A stretch of 64,000 bases of DNA, taken from positions 3,547 to 67,546 of the forward strand of contig JBJMQQ010000121.1 in NCBI GenBank assembly GCA_045802645.1, written 5' to 3'. The notes beneath the pieces are model-generated. The model did not search any database, was not told the origin of the DNA, and saw only the letters and a program-made list of their open reading frames with translations. The DNA comes from Polyangia bacterium. GTDB lineage: Bacteria; Myxococcota_A; Polyangia; Fen-1088. Below, piece after piece: positions 19,467-27,828 of this stretch. The stretch's first letter is position 1. The number at the start of each line of letters is the position of its first letter. Position numbers and translations under genes: made by a program.

Positions 19467-22400
19467 GTCCCCTCCCCTCGGCCCGCGGCGCGGCGGACGG
19501 TCACGTAGGTTTCGCTCAGCGCAAACGCCAGCAGCTCACGGGCTGCCGCGTCGCCGGCGACGGCGGCCACACCACCAGCCCGCGCGATCGCCGCGCGCGC
19601 CGGATCGTCGATGACCAGCAGCGCAAACCGATCGGCGACCCGAAGGACCGCGGCGCGCCAGGCGTCCAGATCCAGCGGTTCGAACCCGAACCGCGAGACC
19701 TGCAGCGCCAGCGCCTTGCGATCCTTTCGGCTCAAGAGCCGACCCACATCGCGCAGCATCGCCTCGCCGGGCTTCGACAAACGCTTGGGGACCGTTCCAC
19801 CCGCCAGCACGGCTGCGCACGAAAACAGCGGGGCCAGATCGGCCGCGGGTTTCCGATCGAGGGCCCCCGCCCGCAACGCGAGCAGCGCCACCGCGCGGCT
19901 GGCCCAGAACGCCAGGTCTTCGGGGGCCGCCTTCACGTCGACCAGCAGCGCCGGCGGCGTGCGGTCGACCGGCGCGCACACAGGACCGGCCGACGCGCGG
20001 GCGAGCAGGTCCAGGCGCGGGATCTCCAGAGCCGCGGCGACCGGCCGCAACCACGCCAGCCGCGCGTCGGCGGCGGCCGGCAGCGGCTCTCCGGCGGGCG
20101 GCGGAAACAGCGCCTCCGCGACCTCCGCCAGCTGCGGCCAGATTTCGGCCGCGAAGCCACCGGCGTCCGGATCGGCCAGCGCTGCGAGCAGCGCCCGCGC
20201 CTGCTGCGGGGCGGCCGGGGGCGCCGATTCACCTCGCGGCGCAGCGACGCCCGTGGCCAGCGCGTGCACGCTGGCGACCGCTGCGTCGCCGCCGGCCTGT
20301 CCACCCCGGCGGCGCGCCTCGAGCAGCCACTCGCCGAGGCGCGCGAGCCGGCTGGCGTCCAGCGGGTTCGCCGCCAGAGCCTGTCGCAGGTCGGCGATCT
20401 CGCGCTCGATGATCTGCAGGGCCCCCCGCGCGTCCTGTCCCGCGTCGTAAAGGCCGGTCAGCAGCGCCACACCCGGTCCGAGCGGCGCCAGGTCGGCTGC
20501 CTGCCGGAAAGCAGCCGCAGACCCGGCCGCATCGGCCGCGCGGTCCCGCAGGATCTCCCCGATGCGGATCCAGCGCGACGCCTGCCCGGACGGGTCGGGC
20601 ACGCGCGCGGCGGCCGCCCGCAGCGCCTCGACGGCGCCCGCGACGTCTCCGACGGCGGACAGCACCTCCGCCAGGTGGTCCAGCGGGCGGGGATCGGCGG
20701 CCGAAACGTCGGCGGCGCGGCGCAGCGTGGTCACCGCACGCGCGACGTCGCCGCGGGCCGCGTAGCTGGACGCCAGCGCCAGGCGGGCGCCGCGGATCGC
20801 CTCTGACGTCTCGCCCGGATCCACCCCCAGCATCCCGCGGGACGCGGCGGCGTCCAACGCCAGCAGGTAGCGCTCGAGCCACTCCGACGCCGCGACCGCC
20901 TCACCGGCGGCCGTGGTGGCCTGCGCCAGCTCCCGAAGCGCGTCCAGGCTTTCTGGCTCGAACTTCAAGATCTGCTTGAAGTCTTCGAGAGCCCCCGCCA
21001 GCCCCCCTTCCACCGTGAGGCGGTGGCGGCCGCGCTCGAACAGCAGGGCCAGGCGCTCGCCCCGCGACAGCCGCGCGGCGGCCAGGCGGTACGACAGCAA
21101 TCCGTCCAGGATCTCCGCGCGCCCGGGCGCCTGCAGGTCGGAGCGCAGCAGCCGGTGGGCCTGCTCGTACGCGGGTGTGCTATCCGGATCCAGCTCGACG
21201 GCGCGCGACAGCGCCGCGATCGCGTCGTCGGCGCGGCCTGCCTGCTCGTACGCCGCGCCCGCGTCCACCAGCAGGCCGGCGGCCCGGTGTGGATCCCGCA
21301 CCAGCGCTCCCAAACGGGCCAGCGCCCGCGCCTCGCCCAGGGTGTCGCCCCCCGCCCGCGCGACCCGGCGCACGCCGCTCCACGCCTCGAGCCGCTGAGG
21401 ATCGGCGCCAATCACGCTTCCGTAGGCAGCCAGCGCCCCGGCCAGATCACCGGCCCGTTCGGCGTCCATCGCCGCCTCCAGGTGCAGGCCGATCGCCAGC
21501 GGCCCGCCGATCCGGCGGGCGCGCGCGCGACGGGGATCCGGGCGTGTCGCGGGCCAGGCGCTGCCCGCGGCGACCGGCAGGTCGGCGACGGCGGCCGCCA
21601 GACCGGGGGCGCGCGTCCGCTGCCACAGCGCCACCGCGACACGCTCGGCGATTTCGGGCCCTGCCAACCGGGCCCGCGCCACTGCGCGCGCGTAAAGCGC
21701 CAGCACCTCCGGCGTCGCTGATCCTGACGCCTCCTCCAGCGCCGTCGCCATTGCCGACAGGGCCTCGGCCGCGGCCCCGGCGTCCTGCCCACGCACGCCG
21801 GCCAGGAATTGCCAGAGGACGGCGTCCGCCCGCGCCGACGGCGTGTCGCCATCCGTGCTGGCGGGCGAAGGAACGGCGACGCCGGCCGCCAAGCTGCTGA
21901 GCGCCGCTTCGCGCGCGGCGGCCGCGGCGATAGCCGGCTCCTCGGCGCAGGCCTGCGCCAGCGCCGAGAGCGCCTGGCCGAGCGCACCGCGCTCCGCCGC
22001 CCGGTCGCCGGCAGCCAGGCGGAACAACGCCAGCGCGGCGGCGGGCGCCGTCTCGCCCAGCGGAGACTCGACGATGGCGCGCCGGAACGCGTCCGCGGCG
22101 CCCGCCGGATCGCCGGCCCGGGACAACGCCTCGCCGTAAGCCAGCAGCACGTTGGCGGGCTCCGCGATCGTGCCGTCGCCGAGGCGCGCCTCCTCGGAAA
22201 GGACCGCGATCTCCAGGATCGCGTCGCCCGAGCGCCGCGCCAGCTGGTCACTCCAGGCGCGCGCGACGGGGTCCCCCTCCGCGCGCAGCGGCGTCAGCGC
22301 GGCCACCGCTTCCGGGTACGCGCCCGCCTCGGCGTGGTGATGCGCCAGCCGAAGCCGCAGCGCGCGCACGCGTTCAGGCGACGCGTCGGTCTGCGCGGCG

Positions 22401-24511
22401 AGCTCGGCGGCAACCACCGCGGCACGCGCCTGAGGCGTCGCAGCGGCCCGCTCGAGCGCGGAGCCCGCCAACCCGGCTGCGTCCGCCGGGATCAGCTCGG
22501 TCAAAAGCGCGCTCCCCCGCGCGACCGCGGACGGGTCGGGGCTGGCGGCCAGCGTGCGCCCCGCAGCCAACCGGAGCGCAATCGCCGCGTCGGGGTCCTT
22601 GGCCAGGTCCGCCATCGCCAGCAGGTTGCCGGCGCGATCGACGGTGCTGAGGCGCGCGTCTGCCGCCGCTTCCAGATCGAAGTCGTGCAGGCGAGCGCGC
22701 GCGGCCAGGCTTCGCGGCCGCAACACGACCAGGCGCCGCTGGTGCGGGATGGCGCGGCCAGGCTGGCCCATCTGATCGGCGTAAAGGGCCACCAGCGTCT
22801 CCCGCGCCCAGCGCTCCAGCTCGCGGTCGGCGTCCGTCGCGCCTTGCGTGTCGGCTTGTGTTTGCGACTGGGCCAGCACCCCCAGCGTGTGCTCGAGGAT
22901 CCCTGCGGCTTCTTCGATTCGCCCGGCCGCGATGGAGAGCGCGGCCAATGCCTGCGCGGCGGGACGAGCGTGTCGCAACGTGGGGTCCAGCGCCATCGCG
23001 CGGCGATACAGCTCGGCGGCCGCGTCGGCCTGCCCCAGCGCGGCAGCCCGCACGGCGCCGGCGGCGATCAGCGCGTGCACGCGCGCCGGTCCATCGTCGG
23101 CGGCCACGGCCTCCGCTTCGCCGGCCAGCGCCTCCGCCAGCGCAACCGGGTCGTGGTTGCGCACGGCGATCGCGAGCTGGGCGGCCCGCAGATCGACGCG
23201 CGATGGGCGGCAGGCCAGCACGCGTGGCTCTTCCAGCAGCGCGGCTGCCTCGGTCGCCTCGGCCGGGCCGGAGATCTCGGCGAACAGCAGCGCGACGTCG
23301 ACAGCATCGTCATCGCGCGCCGCAGCCGCGATGAAGTCCCGCACGATCTCGGCGGCCGCCCCGCCCCGATCGAGCGCCAGCGACAGCTCGACTCGTTCGG
23401 CGGCGACCGACGGGTGGGCCGGGTCGAGGCGCGCCGCTTCGTCGAGCGCCTCGAGGGCCGCTTGCGGCCGCGACTGCGTCCGCCGCAGCAGGTACGCGCG
23501 CTCGCGCCACAGCGCGACCGCCAGACCACGGTCCGCGGCGGCGACTCTTTCGCCCAGGACCGCCAGTGCCCGATCGGCGACGTCCGGTGGCGCCGCGTCG
23601 CGGGTCAACCCGTCCAGCTCCGCCAGCAACGTGGCGAGCGGGCTGCCCTCGTCGCCGCGCGCGAGCTCCCCTTCGAGCGCGGCCAGCGCCCGTGCGGCGC
23701 CGTCGGCCCGGGCGGCCTGCCAGGCCCGCGCCTCTTCGACGACCAGCGCGCCGCGCCGCGGCGCCGCGTCGGCGATGCGCGACAGCCCGCCCAGCGCCTC
23801 GGCGCGTAGCCCCGCGTCGTTGCGCCTGACGCCCGCCAGCCACAGCGCGAGCAGCGCGCCGGGGTGGTCCGCGACGACCGCCAGCGCCTCACGGTAGGCG
23901 GCCAGCGCCTCGTCGGCCCGGTCTAACCGGTCTTCCAGTAACCGCCCGCGTGCGACCAGCAGATCGGCGCGGCCAGTCGGGTCGCTGCCGGTCGGGCGCG
24001 CGCGCGCCGCCTCGGCGTGGACCTCGGCCAGCTCCGCCCAGCGCCGGGCCCGACCCAAGAGGCGCCGCAGCGTCCAGAACGCCACCACCGAGGCGGGGTC
24101 GCCCGCGAAAGCCGCCCGCGCGGAGGTCAGGGCCAGATCATCGCCGGCGGGGTTGTTCTCCTGACGGCCCAGCCGCTCTTCGAGCTCGGCCACCTCGACC
24201 AGCAGCCCGGCCCGGCGTGCGCCGTCGCCCGCGGCCGCTTCCGCGCGAAACAGCTCGATCTCGGCCCGCGGATCCTCCTCGGCCGCCTCGACGATCGGCG
24301 GCCGCAGCTCGACGACGTCGACGATGTCCAGCAGCTCGGAGGCGCCGGCGTCGCCGATCAGCCCGGGCTGTGTGCGGTCCGTGTCCTCACGGCGGACTGT
24401 CTGGGGAACAGCGCCGCGCAGATCGGTATCGGCAGGAGCCGGGGGCGGCCCTTCCACGTCGAATTCGATCTCGACCACCTCTTCGTCATCGCCGTCCGGT
24501 GCTGGTGGCAT
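19463..24511 (-). CDS. Giant (1,682 aa) TPR-like repeat protein, acidic N-terminus, conserved non-TPR C-terminal domain (paralogue A)
   Basis: Single uninterrupted ORF. TPR units include AIAALSRAVELDPDSTPAYEQAHRLL. N-terminus DDEEVVEIEFDVEGPP. C-terminal motifs GRLLSRKDRK and ELLAFALSETY. A strong promoter match lies just upstream. Confidence 0.85.
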   Translation of the reverse strand: MPPAPDGDDEEVVEIEFDVEGPPPAPADTDLRGAVPQTVRREDTDRTQPGLIGDAGASELLDIVDVVELRPPIVEAAEEDPRAEIELFRAEAAAGDGARRAGLLVEVAELEERLGRQENNPAGDDLALTSARAAFAGDPASVVAFWTLRRLLGRARRWAELAEVHAEAARARPTGSDPTGRADLLVARGRLLEDRLDRADEALAAYREALAVVADHPGALLALWLAGVRRNDAGLRAEALGGLSRIADAAPRRGALVVEEARAWQAARADGAARALAALEGELARGDEGSPLATLLAELDGLTRDAAPPDVADRALAVLGERVAAADRGLAVALWRERAYLLRRTQSRPQAALEALDEAARLDPAHPSVAAERVELSLALDRGGAAAEIVRDFIAAAARDDDAVDVALLFAEISGPAEATEAAALLEEPRVLACRPSRVDLRAAQLAIAVRNHDPVALAEALAGEAEAVAADDGPARVHALIAAGAVRAAALGQADAAAELYRRAMALDPTLRHARPAAQALAALSIAAGRIEEAAGILEHTLGVLAQSQTQADTQGATDADRELERWARETLVALYADQMGQPGRAIPHQRRLVVLRPRSLAARARLHDFDLEAAADARLSTVDRAGNLLAMADLAKDPDAAIALRLAAGRTLAASPDPSAVARGSALLTELIPADAAGLAGSALERAAATPQARAAVVAAELAAQTDASPERVRALRLRLAHHHAEAGAYPEAVAALTPLRAEGDPVARAWSDQLARRSGDAILEIAVLSEEARLGDGTIAEPANVLLAYGEALSRAGDPAGAADAFRRAIVESPLGETAPAAALALFRLAAGDRAAERGALGQALSALAQACAEEPAIAAAAAREAALSSLAAGVAVPSPASTDGDTPSARADAVLWQFLAGVRGQDAGAAAEALSAMATALEEASGSATPEVLALYARAVARARLAGPEIAERVAVALWQRTRAPGLAAAVADLPVAAGSAWPATRPDPRRARARRIGGPLAIGLHLEAAMDAERAGDLAGALAAYGSVIGADPQRLEAWSGVRRVARAGGDTLGEARALARLGALVRDPHRAAGLLVDAGAAYEQAGRADDAIAALSRAVELDPDSTPAYEQAHRLLRSDLQAPGRAEILDGLLSYRLAAARLSRGERLALLFERGRHRLTVEGGLAGALEDFKQILKFEPESLDALRELAQATTAAGEAVAASEWLERYLLALDAAASRGMLGVDPGETSEAIRGARLALASSYAARGDVARAVTTLRRAADVSAADPRPLDHLAEVLSAVGDVAGAVEALRAAAARVPDPSGQASRWIRIGEILRDRAADAAGSAAAFRQAADLAPLGPGVALLTGLYDAGQDARGALQIIEREIADLRQALAANPLDASRLARLGEWLLEARRRGGQAGGDAAVASVHALATGVAAPRGESAPPAAPQQARALLAALADPDAGGFAAEIWPQLAEVAEALFPPPAGEPLPAAADARLAWLRPVAAALEIPRLDLLARASAGPVCAPVDRTPPALLVDVKAAPEDLAFWASRAVALLALRAGALDRKPAADLAPLFSCAAVLAGGTVPKRLSKPGEAMLRDVGRLLSRKDRKALALQVSRFGFEPLDLDAWRAAVLRVADRFALLVIDDPARAAIARAGGVAAVAGDAAARELLAFALSETYVTVRRAAGRGEGT

Positions 24512-24535
24512 GCCGCGGGTATTCCGGCTGAGCGC

Positions 24536-24565
24536 ATTATCACGGCCGCCGGATCAGCATGTCAA
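24536..24565 (-). promoter_or_regulatory. Near-consensus sigma-70-type promoter for the giant TPR operon
   Basis: On the minus strand: TTGACA (24565-24560), 18 nt, GATAAT (24541-24536), ending 24 nt before ATG 24511. It sits in the 78-nt divergent intergenic region. Confidence 0.5.
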
Positions 24566-24589
24566 TGGACAGCTCCGAATGCCGTGGGC

Positions 24590-25633
24590 ATGATAGGTCG
24601 CGCCTCCGGCGGCCGGCGATCGCGGCGGCTGGGAGCCAGAACCGAGAGGCCCGACCTGCCGAACCTGCTCGTCCCCATCGACCTGCGCGACGGCGTGCCG
24701 ACGCCGCCGTCACTGTTTGCGCTCGCGGAGACGCGGCGGGTGGCGCGCGTGGCGGGCGCCACCGTCTACGCGATCGTGCTGGCGGAACGTGACCTGTCAG
24801 CCGAAACGATCGCGCAGCTCGGGCGGGCGGGCGCGGACAAGGTGCTGCTGTGTGAGGGCTCCTCGCTGGGGGCGCCTCCTCTGGAGGCGACCCACGGGAC
24901 GGCGTTGCTGGCCGCCGTCGAGCGGGTCTCGCCGCTGCTGGTCCTGTTCCCGGCGGGCGGGGCCGGCGTTTCCCTGGGCCCCAGTCTGGCCGCCCGACTG
25001 GGTGCGGCGTTCGCTGGCCCCGCGGATCTGGAGGTCAGCGAGGTCGAAGACGCCCTCCCCGACGGCATTGGACGGGTTTTCGTGCGTTTCTGGAGCGCCG
25101 GACGCACCGCGTACCGGCGACTCGACCCCGTCGACGTCGAGCGTCCGATCGTCGCCATCTTGCCGGCTGGCGGCGCGGCGGCGGCCATCGGGAGCCCGTC
25201 GATCGACCACGACGTCATCACCTGTACGCCACCGCTGGCGCCGGGCGTCGACACGTTGGCGTCGGACGCCGACGACCGGGCAGCGATCGCGCTGGCTCGC
25301 GTTCTGGTCGTCGTCGATCCCGCGTTCGGCGGCGGCGCGGTCGAGACTTTGCGCGCGGCGGCTCCGGCCGGTGTGGCCGTGGCCGACGGGGTGGCCGACG
25401 CCTCGTCCGTCGCCGCCGCCACGCCGGAGATGATGATCGTGGTCGGCGGGTCGCCGCCGCCCATCGGGACACCCCGGGCGCGGGTCGCGCTGGTCGCGAC
25501 CGACGCCGGCGCAGAGGAGAGCGGCCGGGGGGTCGACGTCGTGTGGCGCGTGCCGCCAGAAATGAGCGCCGACGTGATGATCCAGCAGCTCGCCGACGCT
25601 CTGCCGGGCCTGGCCGTGGAGACGGCGTCATGA
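24590..25633 (+). CDS. Electron-transfer-flavoprotein alpha-subunit-like protein with degenerate FAD-binding region
   Basis: In-frame ATG 24590 within ORF 24017-25633. The N-terminal domain pattern (LLVPIDLRDG...SLFALAETRRVA...VYAIVL...GADKVLL) is ETF-alpha-like. The C-terminal segment MMIVVGGSPPPIGTP replaces the canonical ...YIAxGISGxxQH... signature. Confidence 0.65.
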   Translation: MIGRASGGRRSRRLGARTERPDLPNLLVPIDLRDGVPTPPSLFALAETRRVARVAGATVYAIVLAERDLSAETIAQLGRAGADKVLLCEGSSLGAPPLEATHGTALLAAVERVSPLLVLFPAGGAGVSLGPSLAARLGAAFAGPADLEVSEVEDALPDGIGRVFVRFWSAGRTAYRRLDPVDVERPIVAILPAGGAAAAIGSPSIDHDVITCTPPLAPGVDTLASDADDRAAIALARVLVVVDPAFGGGAVETLRAAAPAGVAVADGVADASSVAAATPEMMIVVGGSPPPIGTPRARVALVATDAGAEESGRGVDVVWRVPPEMSADVMIQQLADALPGLAVETAS

Positions 25634-26307
25634 ACGTGCTCGTCTGCTTGCGTACGACCGCGCGCACGACCTCAGAGTTGCTCGACGCCGCGGACGCGCG
25701 GGCGCTGGCCCACGCGCTGCCGCTGCGGGGCGCCGGCCACACCTTGACCGCGCTCTACGTGGCCAGCGCCGCCGAGGCGGCCCCCGTCGCCGCGCGCCTG
25801 TCGCCGCACGTCGACCGTGCCGTGCGCGTCGTCAGCGACGAGGTTGCGGCGGCCGACTTTCACACGTGCGGCCAGATGCTGGCGATGGCGATCCGGCGCC
25901 TTGGCGCCGACGTCGTGCTGGCGCCCATTCAGGGCGAAAACGAAGCCGCCGGCGGAACACCCGCCGCGATCGCGCGTCACCTGGGCGCGCGCTACGTTCC
26001 GTTCGTCGAGGAGATCGCAGGCCTGGACGACGCCAACGCGGAGGTGCTCGTCCGCGGCGGCGGTCGCAAGCGCCGGCTGCGTGTGGCGTTTCCGGCCGTG
26101 ATCGGCACCGCCCCTGGCGCCGCGACGCTCCCGCCTGCGTCCGCCGGCGCCGACCCCACGCCCGTCGAGACGATCGCGCTCAACGATCCGGAGGCGACGG
26201 TCGTCCGGCGTCGCACCGAGCTCCTGGGCCGCCCCGAAAACGCCTCACGCGGAACGCAAACGGTGACTTCGGCCGCCGCACTGATCGCCGCGCTCAAGCG
26301 CGCCTAG
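25630..26307 (+). CDS. Electron-transfer-flavoprotein beta-subunit-like protein
   Basis: ATGA overlap with the previous stop. MNVLVCLR..., DRAVRVVSDE..., ADFHTCGQMLAMAIRRLGADVVLAPIQGENEAAGGTPAAIARHLGARYVPFVEEI and RLRVAFPAVIGT follow the ETF-beta fold pattern. Confidence 0.65.
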   Translation: MNVLVCLRTTARTTSELLDAADARALAHALPLRGAGHTLTALYVASAAEAAPVAARLSPHVDRAVRVVSDEVAAADFHTCGQMLAMAIRRLGADVVLAPIQGENEAAGGTPAAIARHLGARYVPFVEEIAGLDDANAEVLVRGGGRKRRLRVAFPAVIGTAPGAATLPPASAGADPTPVETIALNDPEATVVRRRTELLGRPENASRGTQTVTSAAALIAALKRA

Positions 26308-26315
26308 ACGCTCTT

Positions 26316-26416
26316 CCCCGTCCTCGTCCTCGTCCTCGTCCTCGTCGCCGTCCTCGATACTCCGACGACGACCTGCGCCAGAGCCGGAGACGAGGACGAG
26401 GACGAGGACGAGGAAG
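26316..26416. repeat. Hexanucleotide-arm inverted repeat (long perfect hairpin), copy 1
   Basis: 26321-26346 (TCCTCG x4 + TC) is the exact reverse complement of 26389-26414 (GACGAG x4 + GA), with a 42-nt loop. It fills the gap between convergent stops (TAG 26305-26307 and the cca stop 26419-26421). The 41-nt block 26316-26356 is identical to 61979-62019. Confidence 0.9.
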
Positions 26417-26418
26417 AT

Positions 26419-27828
26419 TTACTTGGGCGCTTCCGCTCGAACTTCGGGCAGCAGCGCTTCCAGCTTGTCCCGGTCGTTCAGCGACGGGTCGTCCAGCACG
26501 CGCTCGAGGAGGCGCTCGAGAATGACGCCGATTTCTCGACCAGGCGGCACACCGAGAACCCGCATCACGTCGCGGCCGTCGATGGCCAGGTCGGTCACGC
26601 GGAGTGCGGCGTCGGCGTCCGCGACCGCGCCGATGCGCCGGCGCAGCTCGCCGATCTCTACCTCCGGATCCTCGCCGAAGCCGCGCCCGCGCACGTCGCC
26701 CTCCCGCAGCGCGAACAGATCGGCCAGCCCTTCGTTGCCGCCCACGCGCCGAACGAAGCGGCGGATCGTGCCGTCGCTCCAGTCGGGCGTGTAGAAGAAC
26801 ATGTGGTTCTTGACCATCGCCACGACACGATCGCGGTCGGCGTTGGCCAGCTTCAGCCGCCGGCAGATCTCCTCGGCCATGTCGGCGCCGACGTACTCGT
26901 GCTTGAAGAAGCTGAATTCACCGGGCGCTTCCTCGCGCGGCTGGCGCGCGCGCGGTTTGCCAACGTCGTGCAGCAGCGCCCCCAGCCGGGCCACCACATC
27001 GCCGCGGGTCACGTCCACCACCGACAGCGTGTGTCCGAAGACGTCGTGCTTGTGAAACCGGTTTTGCGTGCACCCCACCCCTTCCAGCAGCTCCGGGATG
27101 ACCACGCCCAGGAGACCCGTCTCGCGCATCAGCTCCAACCCGCGTGACGGCCGCGGCGCCGCCAGCATCTTGAACAGCTCGTCGCGAATCCGCTCGGCCG
27201 AGACCTTGCGGACGACGTCCAGCGTCTGCGGGATCGCCGCCTTGGTGGGCGCGTCGATGTCGAACTCCAGCTGGGCGGCTTGCCGCACGGCGCGCATGGG
27301 CCGCAGGCCGTCCTCGCGAAAACGCATCACGGGATCGCCCACCGCGCGAATCAAGCGCCGCCCCAGATCGCCGCGACCGTCGAACGGGTCCGTGAGCCGT
27401 CCGTCGACCGGGTCGAACCCGATGGCGTTCATCGTGAAGTCGCGCCGGCTCAGATCCTCTTCCAGCGTTTGCACGTAGCTGACGGACGACGGCCGCCGCC
27501 CGTCCAGGTAGTCGCCCTCGCCGCGAAAGGTCGTCACCTCGACGGGGCGGCGCGGGCTGGCGTCGGTCAGGACCGTGACGGTCCCGTGCTTGAGGCCGGT
27601 CGGTATCGCGAACGTGTGCCCGAACAGCGCCAGCACCGCCTCCGGCACGGCGTCCGTCGCGACGTCGAAGTCCGCGGGCGGCCGACCGAGCAGCATGTCG
27701 CGCACGCCGCCGCCGACCAGGTGCGCCTGGTGGCCGGCGCCGCGCAGCCGCTGGCAAAGCCCCAGGACGTCGCCCGGGATCTGCGCCCGCAGCGCCGCGA
27801 CGGTCTGCTCGTTGGCTGGCTCGGTCAT
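26419..27828 (-). CDS. cca: CCA-adding tRNA nucleotidyltransferase (class II, HD domain)
   Basis: In-frame ATG 27828 (MTEPANEQ...) has an ATGA overlap with the rnc stop. Head-domain motif GGGVRDMLLGRPPADFDVAT and HD motif LLHDVGKP. The upstream part of ORF 26419-28443 is Arg-rich junk that overlaps rnc. Confidence 0.8.
   Translation of the reverse strand: MTEPANEQTVAALRAQIPGDVLGLCQRLRGAGHQAHLVGGGVRDMLLGRPPADFDVATDAVPEAVLALFGHTFAIPTGLKHGTVTVLTDASPRRPVEVTTFRGEGDYLDGRRPSSVSYVQTLEEDLSRRDFTMNAIGFDPVDGRLTDPFDGRGDLGRRLIRAVGDPVMRFREDGLRPMRAVRQAAQLEFDIDAPTKAAIPQTLDVVRKVSAERIRDELFKMLAAPRPSRGLELMRETGLLGVVIPELLEGVGCTQNRFHKHDVFGHTLSVVDVTRGDVVARLGALLHDVGKPRARQPREEAPGEFSFFKHEYVGADMAEEICRRLKLANADRDRVVAMVKNHMFFYTPDWSDGTIRRFVRRVGGNEGLADLFALREGDVRGRGFGEDPEVEIGELRRRIGAVADADAALRVTDLAIDGRDVMRVLGVPPGREIGVILERLLERVLDDPSLNDRDKLEALLPEVRAEAPK

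Noticed and set aside
26316-26416. Whether the repeated hexamer elements could be a degenerate CRISPR array or a MITE.
   Set aside because: There are no regularly spaced direct repeats with unique spacers. Each locus is a single inverted repeat, and I see no target-site duplications or terminal inverted repeats distinct from the arms. They are kept as a finding, as an unclassified hairpin repeat.
25866-26525. An ORF reading through hairpin copy 1 and producing RPRPRPRP / GRGRGRGR tracts. The analogous ORF 61183-62148 reads through copy 2.
   Set aside because: The dipeptide tracts are just the hexanucleotide repeat arms read in frame. These ORFs overlap real genes in other frames and have no other coding signal.
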